Shown: positions 20,661 through 30,186, numbered from the stretch's first letter. The stretch is 32,000 nt of DNA from Vibrio vulnificus CMCP6 (GCF_000039765.1 NC_004460.2:330001-362000); one strand, 5' to 3'. A program made the numbers and translations. The notes: a model not told the origin generated them from the sequence alone.

Positions 20661-21128
20661 TTACAGCTTAAAGCAGTGAATGATTTGATTCGCGCTTCCC
20701 CGCCACTCCAAGCTTGGGTCCGCTTTGTCTTGCTCAAACTTGCCGTCTATCAATGTGTCGATGTATGGCAGTATTTGTCGTTGAGCTTCGTCGAGCTCAT
20801 CAAGAGTGTATCCCGTCCAAACCCAGATGTCTTTCTCCGGGCATTCCTGTTTGACGCGCTTTACCAAACGCAAAATATCGGCCACATTTGCAGGATGCAA
20901 TGGATCCCCGCCAGAGAGCGATAAACCACGGCGTTTGATACGAGTGTCATTAAGATCCGCGATGATTTGATCTTCCGCTTCTTGGGTAAACGGCACACCA
21001 GAATCTAAACGCTGCGTCGATTGATTGTAGCAACCACGACACTGATGAACACAGCCTGAAACAAACAGCGTGCATCGCGTACCTGGTCCATTAACCACAT
21101 CGACGGGATAATACTGGTGATAATTCAT
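20661..21128 (-). CDS. nrdG: Anaerobic ribonucleoside-triphosphate reductase activating protein
   Basis: Radical-SAM CVHQCRGC motif, GLSLSGGDPLHPANV. Start trimmed from the track's 21173 to MNYHQYYPVDVVNGPG at 21128, preceded by AGAGGT. Confidence 0.95.
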   Translation of the reverse strand: MNYHQYYPVDVVNGPGTRCTLFVSGCVHQCRGCYNQSTQRLDSGVPFTQEAEDQIIADLNDTRIKRRGLSLSGGDPLHPANVADILRLVKRVKQECPEKDIWVWTGYTLDELDEAQRQILPYIDTLIDGKFEQDKADPSLEWRGSANQIIHCFKL

Positions 21129-21202
21129 ATTGACCTCTGGAAAAAATGAACCAACCGGATGGGGTTGGCTCATTGAATAACGGATGAAACCTAATGCGTT
21201 AT

Positions 21203-23323
21203 TTACAGGTGTTTTACGCGACGTTTCACTTCTTCTTGTTTACCGAAGTTAAATGGGCGCGCATCTGGACTGCCTAAGTAACCGCAAACACGACGAGTGA
21301 CCGATACCTTGGATGAGTCATGGTTGCCACATTTCGGGCAGGTAAACCCTTTGCTCGTACAATCAAACTCTCCGGTATAACCACACTCGTAGCACTCATC
21401 AATCGGCGTATTGGTACCGTAGTAAGGCACTTTGCTGTAACTGTAATCCCACACATTTTCTAACGCTTCGATGTTCTTTTGCATGTTAGGGAATTCGCCA
21501 TAACAGATAAAACCACCGCTCGAAATTTCAGGGTACGGCATCTCGAAGTCGATCTTGTCATATGGGTTTACTTTCTTTTCAACATCCAAATGGAAGCTGT
21601 TGGTGTAGTAACCTTTGTCTGTCACGCCTTCAATCACACCAAATTCTTTGGTGTCGATTCGGCAGAAGCGACTACAGAGGTTCTCACTTGGCGTGCCATA
21701 CAGGCTAAAGCCATAGCCCGTTTCTTCCGACCACGCTTCTACCGCTTTCTTCATGCGTTTAACGATGTTCAACGCTTTCTCACGCAATTCGTTGTCATCG
21801 TAAACATGAGTTTGATTACCAAACAGCGCGTTAATGGTTTCGTGAATACCGATGTAACCTAACGAAATGGACGCACGCCCATGTTTGAAAATATCCGCGA
21901 TAGGTTGATCGGCTTTCAGACGCACACCACAAGCACCTTCCATGTATAGAATTGGTGCTACACGAGCTTTAACATTCTCTAAGCGGCTAATGCGCGTTTC
22001 GAGAGCTCGACGAGCTAGCTTCAGTTTTTCATCCAATAGCGCATAGAACTTCTCTTCATCACCATTTGCTTTTAGTGCAATTCTTGGCAAGTTAAGGCTT
22101 ACCACACCAAGGTTGTTACGACCTTCGTGAATCAGCTCGCCATTCTCTTCGTAGGTACCTAGGAAGCTACGGCAGCCCATTGGCGTTTTGAATGAACCGG
22201 TGATCTCAACCACTTTGTCGTAGTTCAAGATATCTGGATACATACGCTTAGAAGCACACTCTAACGCCAATTGTTTGATGTCGTAGTTTGGATCGGTTGG
22301 TTTATGATTCAGACCATCTTTAATGGCGAATACCAGTTTCGGGAATACCGCTGTCTTGCGGTTTTTACCAAGGCCCGCAATACGGTTTTTCAAAATGGAT
22401 TGTTGAATCAATTTCGATGCCCAACTTGTACCCAAACCAAAGCCAAACGTCACAAATGGTGTTTGGCCATTTGCAGTGTGCAGCGTATTCACTTCGTACT
22501 CCAAAGATTGGAATGCGTCGTAACACTCTTTCTCAGTTCGTGCGATGGCAAAACCTTCTGGATTATGGATATCCCACTCTTGGGCAATTTTTAAGTGCTT
22601 TTCGTAACTCGCGTTAACATACGGCTCAAGGATCTCATCAATGCGATTGATGGTGGTACCACCATAAATGTGGCTCGCCACTTGCGCGATAATTTGCGCA
22701 GTCACCGCAGTTGCGGTTGAAATTGACTTAGGCGTGTCAATTTCCGCATTACCCATTTTAAAGCCGTGAGTCAGCATGCCTTTTAGGTCAATCAGCATGC
22801 AGTTAAACATTGGGAAAAACGGCGCGTAATCGAGATCGTGATAGTGAATATCACCTTCATCATGCGCTTGAACCACATCACGTGGCAAAATGTGCGTTTT
22901 GGCATAGTGCTTCGCCACAATACCCGCAAGCAAGTCACGTTGGGTTGGAATCACTTTGCCATCTTTGTTGGCATTTTCGTTGATCAAGTCAACGTTGCTT
23001 TCTTCGATTAAGCCTTCGATTTCGCGTGTTAAGGTGCTTTGTTTCTCGCGTGCAATATCACGGTCATGACGATATTCAATGTACGCGCGAGCTAAAGACT
23101 TGTATGGGCCTTGCATCAACTCGTTTTCAACGCGGGTTTGGATTTCGTGGATATGAACTTCATCGTGATCTTTTAGCTGTAGCTCAACTGCCAACGCCAC
23201 ATTGAGCGCATAAATAGCAATTTCTTTATCAACGTTTTCCGCGGCGGCTTCAACTGCTGCCTGAATGCGATCCCTGCTAAACGGAGCCCTTGAGCCATCA
23301 CGCTTGATTACGATTGGTTTCAC
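21203..23323 (-). CDS. nrdD: Anaerobic ribonucleoside-triphosphate reductase
   Basis: 706 aa, N-terminal ATP-cone (MKPIVIKRDGSRAPFSRDRIQAAVEAA), zinc site CYECGYTGEFDCTSKGFTCPKCGN, glycyl-radical region RRVCGYLGSPDARPFNFGKQEEV. Confidence 0.97.
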   Translation of the reverse strand: MKPIVIKRDGSRAPFSRDRIQAAVEAAAENVDKEIAIYALNVALAVELQLKDHDEVHIHEIQTRVENELMQGPYKSLARAYIEYRHDRDIAREKQSTLTREIEGLIEESNVDLINENANKDGKVIPTQRDLLAGIVAKHYAKTHILPRDVVQAHDEGDIHYHDLDYAPFFPMFNCMLIDLKGMLTHGFKMGNAEIDTPKSISTATAVTAQIIAQVASHIYGGTTINRIDEILEPYVNASYEKHLKIAQEWDIHNPEGFAIARTEKECYDAFQSLEYEVNTLHTANGQTPFVTFGFGLGTSWASKLIQQSILKNRIAGLGKNRKTAVFPKLVFAIKDGLNHKPTDPNYDIKQLALECASKRMYPDILNYDKVVEITGSFKTPMGCRSFLGTYEENGELIHEGRNNLGVVSLNLPRIALKANGDEEKFYALLDEKLKLARRALETRISRLENVKARVAPILYMEGACGVRLKADQPIADIFKHGRASISLGYIGIHETINALFGNQTHVYDDNELREKALNIVKRMKKAVEAWSEETGYGFSLYGTPSENLCSRFCRIDTKEFGVIEGVTDKGYYTNSFHLDVEKKVNPYDKIDFEMPYPEISSGGFICYGEFPNMQKNIEALENVWDYSYSKVPYYGTNTPIDECYECGYTGEFDCTSKGFTCPKCGNHDSSKVSVTRRVCGYLGSPDARPFNFGKQEEVKRRVKHL

Positions 23324-23356
23324 TTTATTCTCCTTACCCTAAGCATACTCACAGAG

Positions 23357-23365
23357 TTATCCACA
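23357..23365 (+). promoter_or_regulatory. DnaA-box match
   Basis: TTATCCACA, exact match to the strong E. coli DnaA box; a single occurrence, so chance is possible. Confidence 0.35.
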
Positions 23366-23368
23366 AAC

Positions 23369-23384
23369 ACACTATATAGGGTTA
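23369..23384. promoter_or_regulatory. NrdR-box-like element (proximal)
   Basis: ACACTATATAGGGTTA, 12/16 to acaCwAtATaTwGtgt. Confidence 0.6.
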
Positions 23385-23399
23385 TTTTTTATCCGACTG

Positions 23400-23415
23400 G
23401 CACTATATATTGTGG
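23400..23415. promoter_or_regulatory. NrdR-box-like element (distal)
   Basis: GCACTATATATTGTGG, 14/16 to the NrdR consensus; start-to-start distance 31 bp from the proximal box. Confidence 0.75.
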
Positions 23416-23446
23416 CGTATTAAACGAAAAGCACTAGGCAAAAGTA

Positions 23447-23460
23447 TTGATTTCGATCAA
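23447..23460. promoter_or_regulatory. FNR-box match
   Basis: TTGAT-TTCG-ATCAA, exact match to TTGAT-N4-ATCAA, 124 bp upstream of the nrdD start. Confidence 0.75.
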
Positions 23461-23619
23461 CAAAATAAGATGATGGATTAAGATCAAATCGATCTTATTG
23501 GCTGAGATCTCAGATATAAAGAAAACCATGAAAATTGCAAAAATGTGGCGATTTCTACTTGAAATTTTTGGAGGTCTTGTATGATAAAGGCTGCCTAAAA
23601 ACACAGGGAATATTTACTT

Positions 23620-24513
23620 ATGTTGAAGCACACGCTTGGTCTCTTTTTCACCGGCTTGGTTTATTTACTCTTGCCAACGCCCCTTTTGGCTGCTCAACCA
23701 ATGACATTCACCAGTTGGAACATGGAATGGCTTTCATCCACACCTTCAGCACGAGTCAAAGAAAGTCACCGTAATGAAGAAGATTTCGCCAAATTGGCAA
23801 TGTACTTCCAAAAAACCAACAGCGATGTTTTGGCCTTTCAGGAGGTCAATGACTTGGCCGCGATTAAAAAAGTCGTCGGAACCAACTATCAGATCTTGTT
23901 TTCGGATCGCTCTAATCCGCGCTATCAGCGTTTTCAATTCGATGACATCAATCAATACACGGGATTTGCCATCAAGAAAGGCATTCCTTTTCGCGACGTC
24001 GGTGACATCCAACTCAACAAAGGCAACAGTAAGTTGCGCTTTGCCTCATACGTCATTATTGGTAACACCTCAAATGAGCTACATGTGTTAAACGTTCATC
24101 TCAAGGCCGGGTGTAGTGGAGCCTATAAAGGCAATGATGCTTGTCGAACACTCCGACTTGAAAGCCAAGCACTGGGCCAATGGATTAGCCAAAGGCAGAG
24201 CAACAAACAAACCTATCTTGTCCTTGGTGACTTCAACCATAACCTTGCTTATCGTAATGACTGGCTGATGAATGAACTCACCAGTGCCGGCAAAATTCAT
24301 TTGTTGACGGAAGACACCAAAGCAAACTGTAAGGTTCGCTCCAAAAAACAACCCAATAAGGTTCATTCTTTTCGTTCACTTATCGACCACATCATCGTCA
24401 GCGAAGGTTTAAGTGCCTCACAAGCAGAACAGAAGTTGTTTACCAGCAACGATGTGTTGAAGTATCAATTGAGCGATCACTGCCCTGTCTCAACCACAGT
24501 GACCTTACCTTAG
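23620..24513 (+). CDS. Exported endonuclease/exonuclease/phosphatase-family protein
   Basis: 297 aa with signal peptide; TFTSWNMEWLSS, DVLAFQEVND, YLVLGDFNHNLAYR, RSLIDHIIVSEGL, LSDHCPVSTTV. Confidence 0.9.
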   Translation: MLKHTLGLFFTGLVYLLLPTPLLAAQPMTFTSWNMEWLSSTPSARVKESHRNEEDFAKLAMYFQKTNSDVLAFQEVNDLAAIKKVVGTNYQILFSDRSNPRYQRFQFDDINQYTGFAIKKGIPFRDVGDIQLNKGNSKLRFASYVIIGNTSNELHVLNVHLKAGCSGAYKGNDACRTLRLESQALGQWISQRQSNKQTYLVLGDFNHNLAYRNDWLMNELTSAGKIHLLTEDTKANCKVRSKKQPNKVHSFRSLIDHIIVSEGLSASQAEQKLFTSNDVLKYQLSDHCPVSTTVTLP

Positions 24514-24591
24514 AGCATCGTCTTGATGAGCAAGAGAAAGAGAAAGAAATAGAGAAAAAATGAGAGATAAAGAAATTGGAAATAAAGAGAC

Positions 24592-24611
24592 GAGCCCCGA
24601 CGTCGGGGCTC
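24592..24611. terminator. Probable terminator hairpin between convergent genes
   Basis: GAGCCCCGACGTCGGGGCTC, 20-nt perfect palindrome in the short gap between convergent genes; no long clean T-tract. Confidence 0.6.
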
Positions 24612-24674
24612 TCGTTCGTTGATTGCTCAGCTCTGTTGCACTTCAACGATTAAATTTCGTTCGCACGCAAACAC

Positions 24675-27600
24675 CTAGACAAAGCGCTTTTTCATTGCCG
24701 CGTAGTAGAGCACAGGAATCACAATCAAGGTAAGAATCGTCGAGACGAAGATACCAAAGATTAAGCTGATTGCCAGACCATTGAAAATGGGATCATCAAG
24801 GATAAACACCGCTCCAATCATCGCAGCCAACGCGGTAAGCATAATCGGTTTCGCCCGAACCGCTGCCGATTGCATCACCGCTTCCGCAAACTCAACCCCT
24901 TCTTCCACTTGCTGGTTAATAAAATCCACCAGCAAAATGGAGTTTCGCACGATAATCCCCGCAAGAGCGATCATGCCGATCATCGAGGTTGCGGTAAATT
25001 GCGCGCCCAACAAAGCATGCCCAGGCATCACACCAATAATGGTCAGTGGAATGGGTGCCATGATGATCAATGGCACTAAGTAGGATTTAAACTGTGCCAC
25101 CACAAGCAAGTAGATAAGCACCATACCGACGGCATAGGCGATCCCCATATCGCGGAAGGTTTCATAAGTGATGGTCCACTCGCCATCCCACATGATGGAA
25201 ATTCCCTGCAGGCCATCTGGCTGATGAATGAAGTATTGCTCCAGCGGCATACGCTCAGACAAGGTTCCTGATAAAGCCGCCATACCGTAGAGCGGACTGT
25301 CCGTTTCCCCAGTCATATCCGCCACCACCATGACCATAGGCACAAGGTTTTTGTGCACGATATAGTCTTCCATTTTGGTTTGACGAATGCTCACGAGCTC
25401 AGACAATGGGTATCGGTTTCCCGTTTGACTAACGACCTGCATGTTTAACACTTGCTCAAGGCGCACTTTCGCACTTTCATTCGCTTGAATCATCACGGGG
25501 ATTGGATACTTGCTGTGTTCAGCGTGCAGATAAGTTATTGGCTTAGCACCGACTGCCGTCGCCAAAGCATCAACGATGTCACTATAGGGCACCATTAAAT
25601 TGGCCGATTTACTTCGGTCGATCACCACTTGCCATTTTTGATGAATTTCAGGCAAATACATATCGACATCGACGATATCTTGCGTTTCTCGGAAAATGTC
25701 TCTGACTTGGCGCGCAGCCTCTGCACGCAATTCTGCCGTAGGCGCATACACCTCAGCCAAAATGGGCGACCAAACGGGTGGCCCCGGCGGCACTTCCACC
25801 ACTTTCACTTTACCACCAAACTGGCTGGCAATCTGGTTAAGCATTGGACGCACTGAACTGGCAATCTCGTGGCTGTCTCTCTCTCGCTCACGGCGATCCA
25901 ACAAGTTCACTTGAATGTCCCCCTGATGAGCTTGATTGCGTAAGAAGTAGTGACGCACCAAACCGTTAAAGTTGATTGGCGCTGCGCTACCGACGTAGAT
26001 CTGATAATCGCTCACTTCAGGCACGTCATTAAGACTTTGCGCCATTTCAAAGAGCACACGTTGTGTTTTCTCCAACGAGCTGCCTTCCGGCATATCGAGC
26101 ACCACTTGGAACTCAGACTTATTGTCAAATGGCAACATTTTCAACACCACCGCCTGCATCACTGGCAACGCCACCGATGCAGCAATCAGCCCGACAATAC
26201 CGAGCAATAACAAGAAGCGATTGCGCCCTTGCGCTCTGGCGGTAATAAACGGCGACATGATTTTATGGAAGATAGAATCGGCTTTGTGCGACTCTTCGTG
26301 ATGTCCCGATTTCAGCAATTTACCCGATAACCAAGGAGAAACCACAAAAGCCACAGCTAACGAAATCAACATCCCCATTGAAGCATTAATCGGAATCGGG
26401 CTCATGTAGGGCCCCATAAGGCCAGAAACGAACGCCATCGGCAGCAACGCAGCGATAACCGTCAGTGTTGCCAATATCGTTGGCCCACCCACTTCATCCA
26501 CCGCTACGGGGATCAACTCTGCCAGTTTTTTCTTACCCATCGACATATGACGGTGAATATTTTCAACCACCACAATGGCGTCATCCACAAGAATGCCGAT
26601 GGAGAAGATCAGGGCAAATAAAGAGACACGATTGAGCGTGAATCCCCAAGCCCAAGAGGCAAAGAGTGTGATCATCAAGGTCACAACAATGGCAATACCC
26701 ACAACCAGAGCTTCGCGCCACCCCATCGTCAGCAGTACCAACAACACCACGGCCGTGGTTGCAAAAGCAAGTTTGCCTATCAGCGTGTTGCTTTTATCCG
26801 CTGCGGTTTTTCCGTAATCACGTGTGATGGCGATATCAACATCATGCGGAATCAACTGATTTTTCAAAACCTCTAGGCGATCTTCTATCGTTTGTGCAAC
26901 ATCAACCGCATTCTCGCCGCCCTTTTTCGCGATTGCCAATGTCACGGCTGGGTAAAGGCCTTGCTTATCGCTAGTCCACACATTTTGCGTTGGCGTGTTT
27001 ACCCCAAGTTCAACGTCAGCAATGTCCGAGAAATAGACTGGCGCGCCATTCGCCACGCCCACCACCAACTGCTTAATCTGGTCAACATGGGTGAGAAACT
27101 CACCGATCTGTAACGGTATCTGCTGATTATCATGAGTTAAGCTAAGCATCGGTGAGCGGCGATTCGCTGATGGCAACACTTGGTTTAGCTGACTAATACT
27201 AATGCTGTAAGCGTTCATTTTTACAGGGTCTAGACGCACATCCACAATAGTGGAGTGCGCGCCCACAGTGTAGATATCGCGAGTTCCCTCTATTCTTTTC
27301 AGCTCTGTTTCAAGCCCGTGAGCAATTTGCGTTAGTTGCTGGCCAGTATAATGCCCTGATTTATCAGACAAGGTCACAGTGACAATGGGCACATCCTCGA
27401 TACCACGAGGTTTGATCACGGGTTCGCCTACACCAACACCTTGTGGCATCCAGTCTTTATTTGAATAGAGTTTGTTGTAGATGCGCACCACGGCATCATT
27501 ACGCGTGACCCCAACGTCAAAGATGGCCACGATCATCGCGCCATCTGGCTGAGAAAAGGAGTAGATCTTATCGATGCCTTGAATTTCTGAGATCACTTGC

Positions 27601-27824
27601 TCTGCGGGCGTCGTCACCAAACTGGCCACTTCTTGAGGAGATGCGCCCGGAAACGGGATATACACATCAGCAAAAGTCACATCTATTTGTGGCTCTTCCT
27701 CTTTGGGTGTGACAATAACAGCAAATAACCCCATCAATAACCCTACCAATGCGAGCAAAGGTGTCATGGCTGAATGTTGGAAGGCCGCGGCAATGCGACC
27801 CGAAATTCCGAGTCGTGTATCCAT
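24675..27824 (-). CDS. RND-family efflux transporter permease
   Basis: Start trimmed from the track's 27869 to ATG 27824; AGILVDDAIVVVENIHRH-type motif (IFSIGILVDDAIVVVENIHRHM), GMIALAGIIVRNSILLVDFI, large periplasmic domains. Confidence 0.95.
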   Translation of the reverse strand: MDTRLGISGRIAAAFQHSAMTPLLALVGLLMGLFAVIVTPKEEEPQIDVTFADVYIPFPGASPQEVASLVTTPAEQVISEIQGIDKIYSFSQPDGAMIVAIFDVGVTRNDAVVRIYNKLYSNKDWMPQGVGVGEPVIKPRGIEDVPIVTVTLSDKSGHYTGQQLTQIAHGLETELKRIEGTRDIYTVGAHSTIVDVRLDPVKMNAYSISISQLNQVLPSANRRSPMLSLTHDNQQIPLQIGEFLTHVDQIKQLVVGVANGAPVYFSDIADVELGVNTPTQNVWTSDKQGLYPAVTLAIAKKGGENAVDVAQTIEDRLEVLKNQLIPHDVDIAITRDYGKTAADKSNTLIGKLAFATTAVVLLVLLTMGWREALVVGIAIVVTLMITLFASWAWGFTLNRVSLFALIFSIGILVDDAIVVVENIHRHMSMGKKKLAELIPVAVDEVGGPTILATLTVIAALLPMAFVSGLMGPYMSPIPINASMGMLISLAVAFVVSPWLSGKLLKSGHHEESHKADSIFHKIMSPFITARAQGRNRFLLLLGIVGLIAASVALPVMQAVVLKMLPFDNKSEFQVVLDMPEGSSLEKTQRVLFEMAQSLNDVPEVSDYQIYVGSAAPINFNGLVRHYFLRNQAHQGDIQVNLLDRRERERDSHEIASSVRPMLNQIASQFGGKVKVVEVPPGPPVWSPILAEVYAPTAELRAEAARQVRDIFRETQDIVDVDMYLPEIHQKWQVVIDRSKSANLMVPYSDIVDALATAVGAKPITYLHAEHSKYPIPVMIQANESAKVRLEQVLNMQVVSQTGNRYPLSELVSIRQTKMEDYIVHKNLVPMVMVVADMTGETDSPLYGMAALSGTLSERMPLEQYFIHQPDGLQGISIMWDGEWTITYETFRDMGIAYAVGMVLIYLLVVAQFKSYLVPLIIMAPIPLTIIGVMPGHALLGAQFTATSMIGMIALAGIIVRNSILLVDFINQQVEEGVEFAEAVMQSAAVRAKPIMLTALAAMIGAVFILDDPIFNGLAISLIFGIFVSTILTLIVIPVLYYAAMKKRFV

Positions 27825-27825
27825 A

Positions 27826-28830
27826 CTATTCACCTTTGACGTTGATGAGGTCCGTGGTAATTCGATCACCGATTTCTAGGCCGGAGAGCACTTCATAGCT
27901 ATCCTCAAACTCTTGTCCTAAACGGATCGGATTCAAGATGGGTTTATTGTTGTCATCAAGCCGATAGACCACACTCAGTTCTGCACGACGGATCACCGCT
28001 TGCTTAGGTACTAATAAAAGTGCTCTTTGCCCATAGGTAAAACGAGTTTTAACCCAAGAACCAGGAACGAAATTTGCCTGATTTTCCGGTAGGTTTAAGC
28101 GAATCGGAAAACTATGAGAAGCCGAGTCTGCGTATTGGAAAAGATTGAAAGAGCTTGGTGAAACCTGTTCACCTGCCCCGTTATCAATTACAAACTGAGT
28201 CGATTCTTTAACATAAGCACGATAATCCTGCGGGATCTGTGTTTCGACACGAAGTTGCTGTAACGAGAACCCACTGAGTAAAGGTGTGCCCGGAGCCACC
28301 GTTTCACCTAACTCAACAAAGCGCTTAGTCACGACGCCATCATAAGGTGCAGTGACACTTGTGTAACCGAGAGATTCTTTCGCTTGCGCAACAGCGGCTT
28401 CTGCAGATTTGACCGCAGCCGCACTACTTCTGGCGCGAGATTCCGCTGCATCCATTTGATCTTGGGAGATGGCTCCTTTTGGCATCAACTGACGAAAGCG
28501 CTTTACTTGAGCTTGAGCTTCCGTGTTTTGCGCTTTGGCACTCGCCAACTGGGCTAAAGCAGAATCCAGCGCCGCCGACTGCTGCACCGCACTGATTTCC
28601 AACAACACCGTCCCTTGCTTGACGAAGTCGTTAACATCCACATTCAACGCTACGACTGTACCCGAGGTTTGCGCTGCTACAGTACCTTGATTGACAGGCT
28701 GGACAACACCATCAAAGACAACGGATTGCTCCACTGTCTTCAGTTCGGTGATGTAGGTTTCGGCGTGCACCATCGCTGGCACAGCAGAAAGCAATCCCAT
28801 TGCGAGTGCTGAGTGTTTAAACCATTGCAT
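27826..28830 (-). CDS. RND efflux periplasmic adaptor (membrane fusion protein)
   Basis: 334 aa, signal peptide, barrel/lipoyl sequences GVVQPVNQGTVAAQTSGTVVALNVDVNDFVKQGTVLLEI and TAPYDGVVTKRFVELGETVAPGTPLL; stop directly abuts the permease start. Confidence 0.92.
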   Translation of the reverse strand: MQWFKHSALAMGLLSAVPAMVHAETYITELKTVEQSVVFDGVVQPVNQGTVAAQTSGTVVALNVDVNDFVKQGTVLLEISAVQQSAALDSALAQLASAKAQNTEAQAQVKRFRQLMPKGAISQDQMDAAESRARSSAAAVKSAEAAVAQAKESLGYTSVTAPYDGVVTKRFVELGETVAPGTPLLSGFSLQQLRVETQIPQDYRAYVKESTQFVIDNGAGEQVSPSSFNLFQYADSASHSFPIRLNLPENQANFVPGSWVKTRFTYGQRALLLVPKQAVIRRAELSVVYRLDDNNKPILNPIRLGQEFEDSYEVLSGLEIGDRITTDLINVKGE

Positions 28831-28868
28831 AGATAATCTCCCTTGATCTTTACGCCAGCATAGTCTTG

Positions 28869-29336
28869 TTATGCAAGTTCTGTTTTGACTTCTCGCGCAT
28901 TTTTAAAACAAATCAGTAAGTTGGTGACACCTAATCCCACCATCATGGCTGCAAAGAAAAGCACGATTTGAATGTTACCAAGCCCCAAACTTGCCACAGC
29001 AGGGCCAGGGCAAATTCCAGCCAATCCCCAACCAATACCAAAGATCGTTGCGCCCGCGACCAAACGTTTATCGATAGTTTGCTGACTGGCTAAGCAAAAT
29101 GTCTCAGCATTGAGTGGTTTCTGTTGTTTGCGTATTAGCAAGAAGTAACCTGGCATGAACACCGCCAATGCACCGCCCATCACAAACATGAGGCTTGGGT
29201 CCCATTGACCTGCGATATCGAGAAAACCAATCACTTTATTGGGGTCCGTCATGCCTGAAATCGCCATCCCCAAACCAAACAAAATACCCGCCATTAATGA
29301 CGTCAATCGAAAGACAAAATTATTCATTTTATTCAT
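28869..29336 (-). CDS. YeeE/YedE (DUF6691-like) transporter half 2
   Basis: 155 aa, FGLGMAISGMTDPNKVIGFLDI and GIGWGLAGICPGPAVASL. Confidence 0.85.
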   Translation of the reverse strand: MNKMNNFVFRLTSLMAGILFGLGMAISGMTDPNKVIGFLDIAGQWDPSLMFVMGGALAVFMPGYFLLIRKQQKPLNAETFCLASQQTIDKRLVAGATIFGIGWGLAGICPGPAVASLGLGNIQIVLFFAAMMVGLGVTNLLICFKNAREVKTELA

Positions 29337-29344
29337 GCCCTAGC

Positions 29345-29767
29345 TTAAGAAATCCAGTGAAGTCGAACAAAAACTGTCATGGCAGCTACCGCCATAAAAA
29401 TCGCCGTTGCGACGATAGAGCGTTTTGATAAACGGCCAATGCCACAGATCCCGTGACCACTAGTGCATCCATTTCCTAAACGTGTGCCGATGCCCACTAA
29501 CAACCCAGCCGCAGCGATTAATACGCCTGATGTGGGTAACGCGACCGATGCGCTCGCCGCACCGAAAGTCACGGCCAGAACACCACCACTCACCATGCCG
29601 ACGACGAACATCAAACGCCACGCAAAATCTCTTGATTTAGGGGTGAGTAATCCCGTCAAAATACCGCTAATCCCTGCCACTTTGCCGTTAACCAACAACA
29701 TGGTTAAGGCAGAAATGCCAAGTAAAATGCCTCCTGCCAACGACTCCCAAGGTACTACAAACGTCAT
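29345..29767 (-). CDS. YeeE/YedE-family transporter half 1
   Basis: 140 aa, GKVAGISGILTGLL and GTRLGNGCTSGHGICGIGRLSKRS motif. Confidence 0.88.
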   Translation of the reverse strand: MTFVVPWESLAGGILLGISALTMLLVNGKVAGISGILTGLLTPKSRDFAWRLMFVVGMVSGGVLAVTFGAASASVALPTSGVLIAAAGLLVGIGTRLGNGCTSGHGICGIGRLSKRSIVATAIFMAVAAMTVFVRLHWIS

Positions 29768-29782
29768 ATCTTCCTCGCAAAA

Positions 29783-30094
29783 TTAGGAACAAAAAATAAA
29801 CTGTAAACTGCCGATCAACTTTTCGATTCGGGGATCAGCTAAAGAATAAAAAACTTGCTGAGACGCTTTGCGCGCTTTGACTAAACCATGTTTCCGTAAG
29901 ACGGTGAGATGCTGTGAAAATGCGGATTGGCTCAACGTTGAGCTTTGCTGAAGCTCACCAACACCGATTTCACCTTTTGTTAGCTGACACAACACCATCA
30001 ATCGCTCAGGATGCGCGACTATTTTTAACAGCTCAGAAACGCTTTCCGCGCTCTCTCTCATCTGTTCTAAATCAATTATTTTGTCATTGCTCAT
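29783..30094 (-). CDS. ArsR-family transcriptional regulator, BigR/SqrR-like
   Basis: MSNDKIIDLEQMRESAESVSELLKIVAHPERLMVLCQLTKGEIGVGELQQSSTLSQSAFSQHLTVLRKHGLV...FIFCS. Cysteines sit at the two positions expected for persulfide-sensing BigR/SqrR proteins. Confidence 0.88.
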   Translation of the reverse strand: MSNDKIIDLEQMRESAESVSELLKIVAHPERLMVLCQLTKGEIGVGELQQSSTLSQSAFSQHLTVLRKHGLVKARKASQQVFYSLADPRIEKLIGSLQFIFCS

Positions 30095-30141
30095 CACAAC
30101 CACCTCCCCTGCATTGGTTTAAATCTTACGCAAACACGAAC

Positions 30142-30157
30142 ATTAGTCAACTCTAAT
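30142..30157. promoter_or_regulatory. Candidate ArsR/BigR-type operator copy A
   Basis: ATTAG-TCAACT-CTAAT, perfect 5-bp arms with 6-bp spacer. Confidence 0.6.
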
Positions 30158-30186
30158 TTAGTTATTTTACATTTAGGGTTATTTTT

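Noticed and set aside
23535-23774. 79-aa ORF overlapping the exported nuclease gene
   Set aside because: It overlaps the signal-peptide-bearing nuclease ORF (23620-24513) in another frame and has no supportive features.
24675-27824. RND permease considered as CusA/CzcA heavy-metal type
   Set aside because: I could not identify the metal-methionine relay motifs with confidence, and the adaptor lacks an obvious metal-binding region; left as generic RND.
28869-29767. YeeE/YedE pair considered as one frameshifted gene
   Set aside because: Each half has its own start, stop and conserved motif, and two-gene arrangements of these halves are normal in this family.
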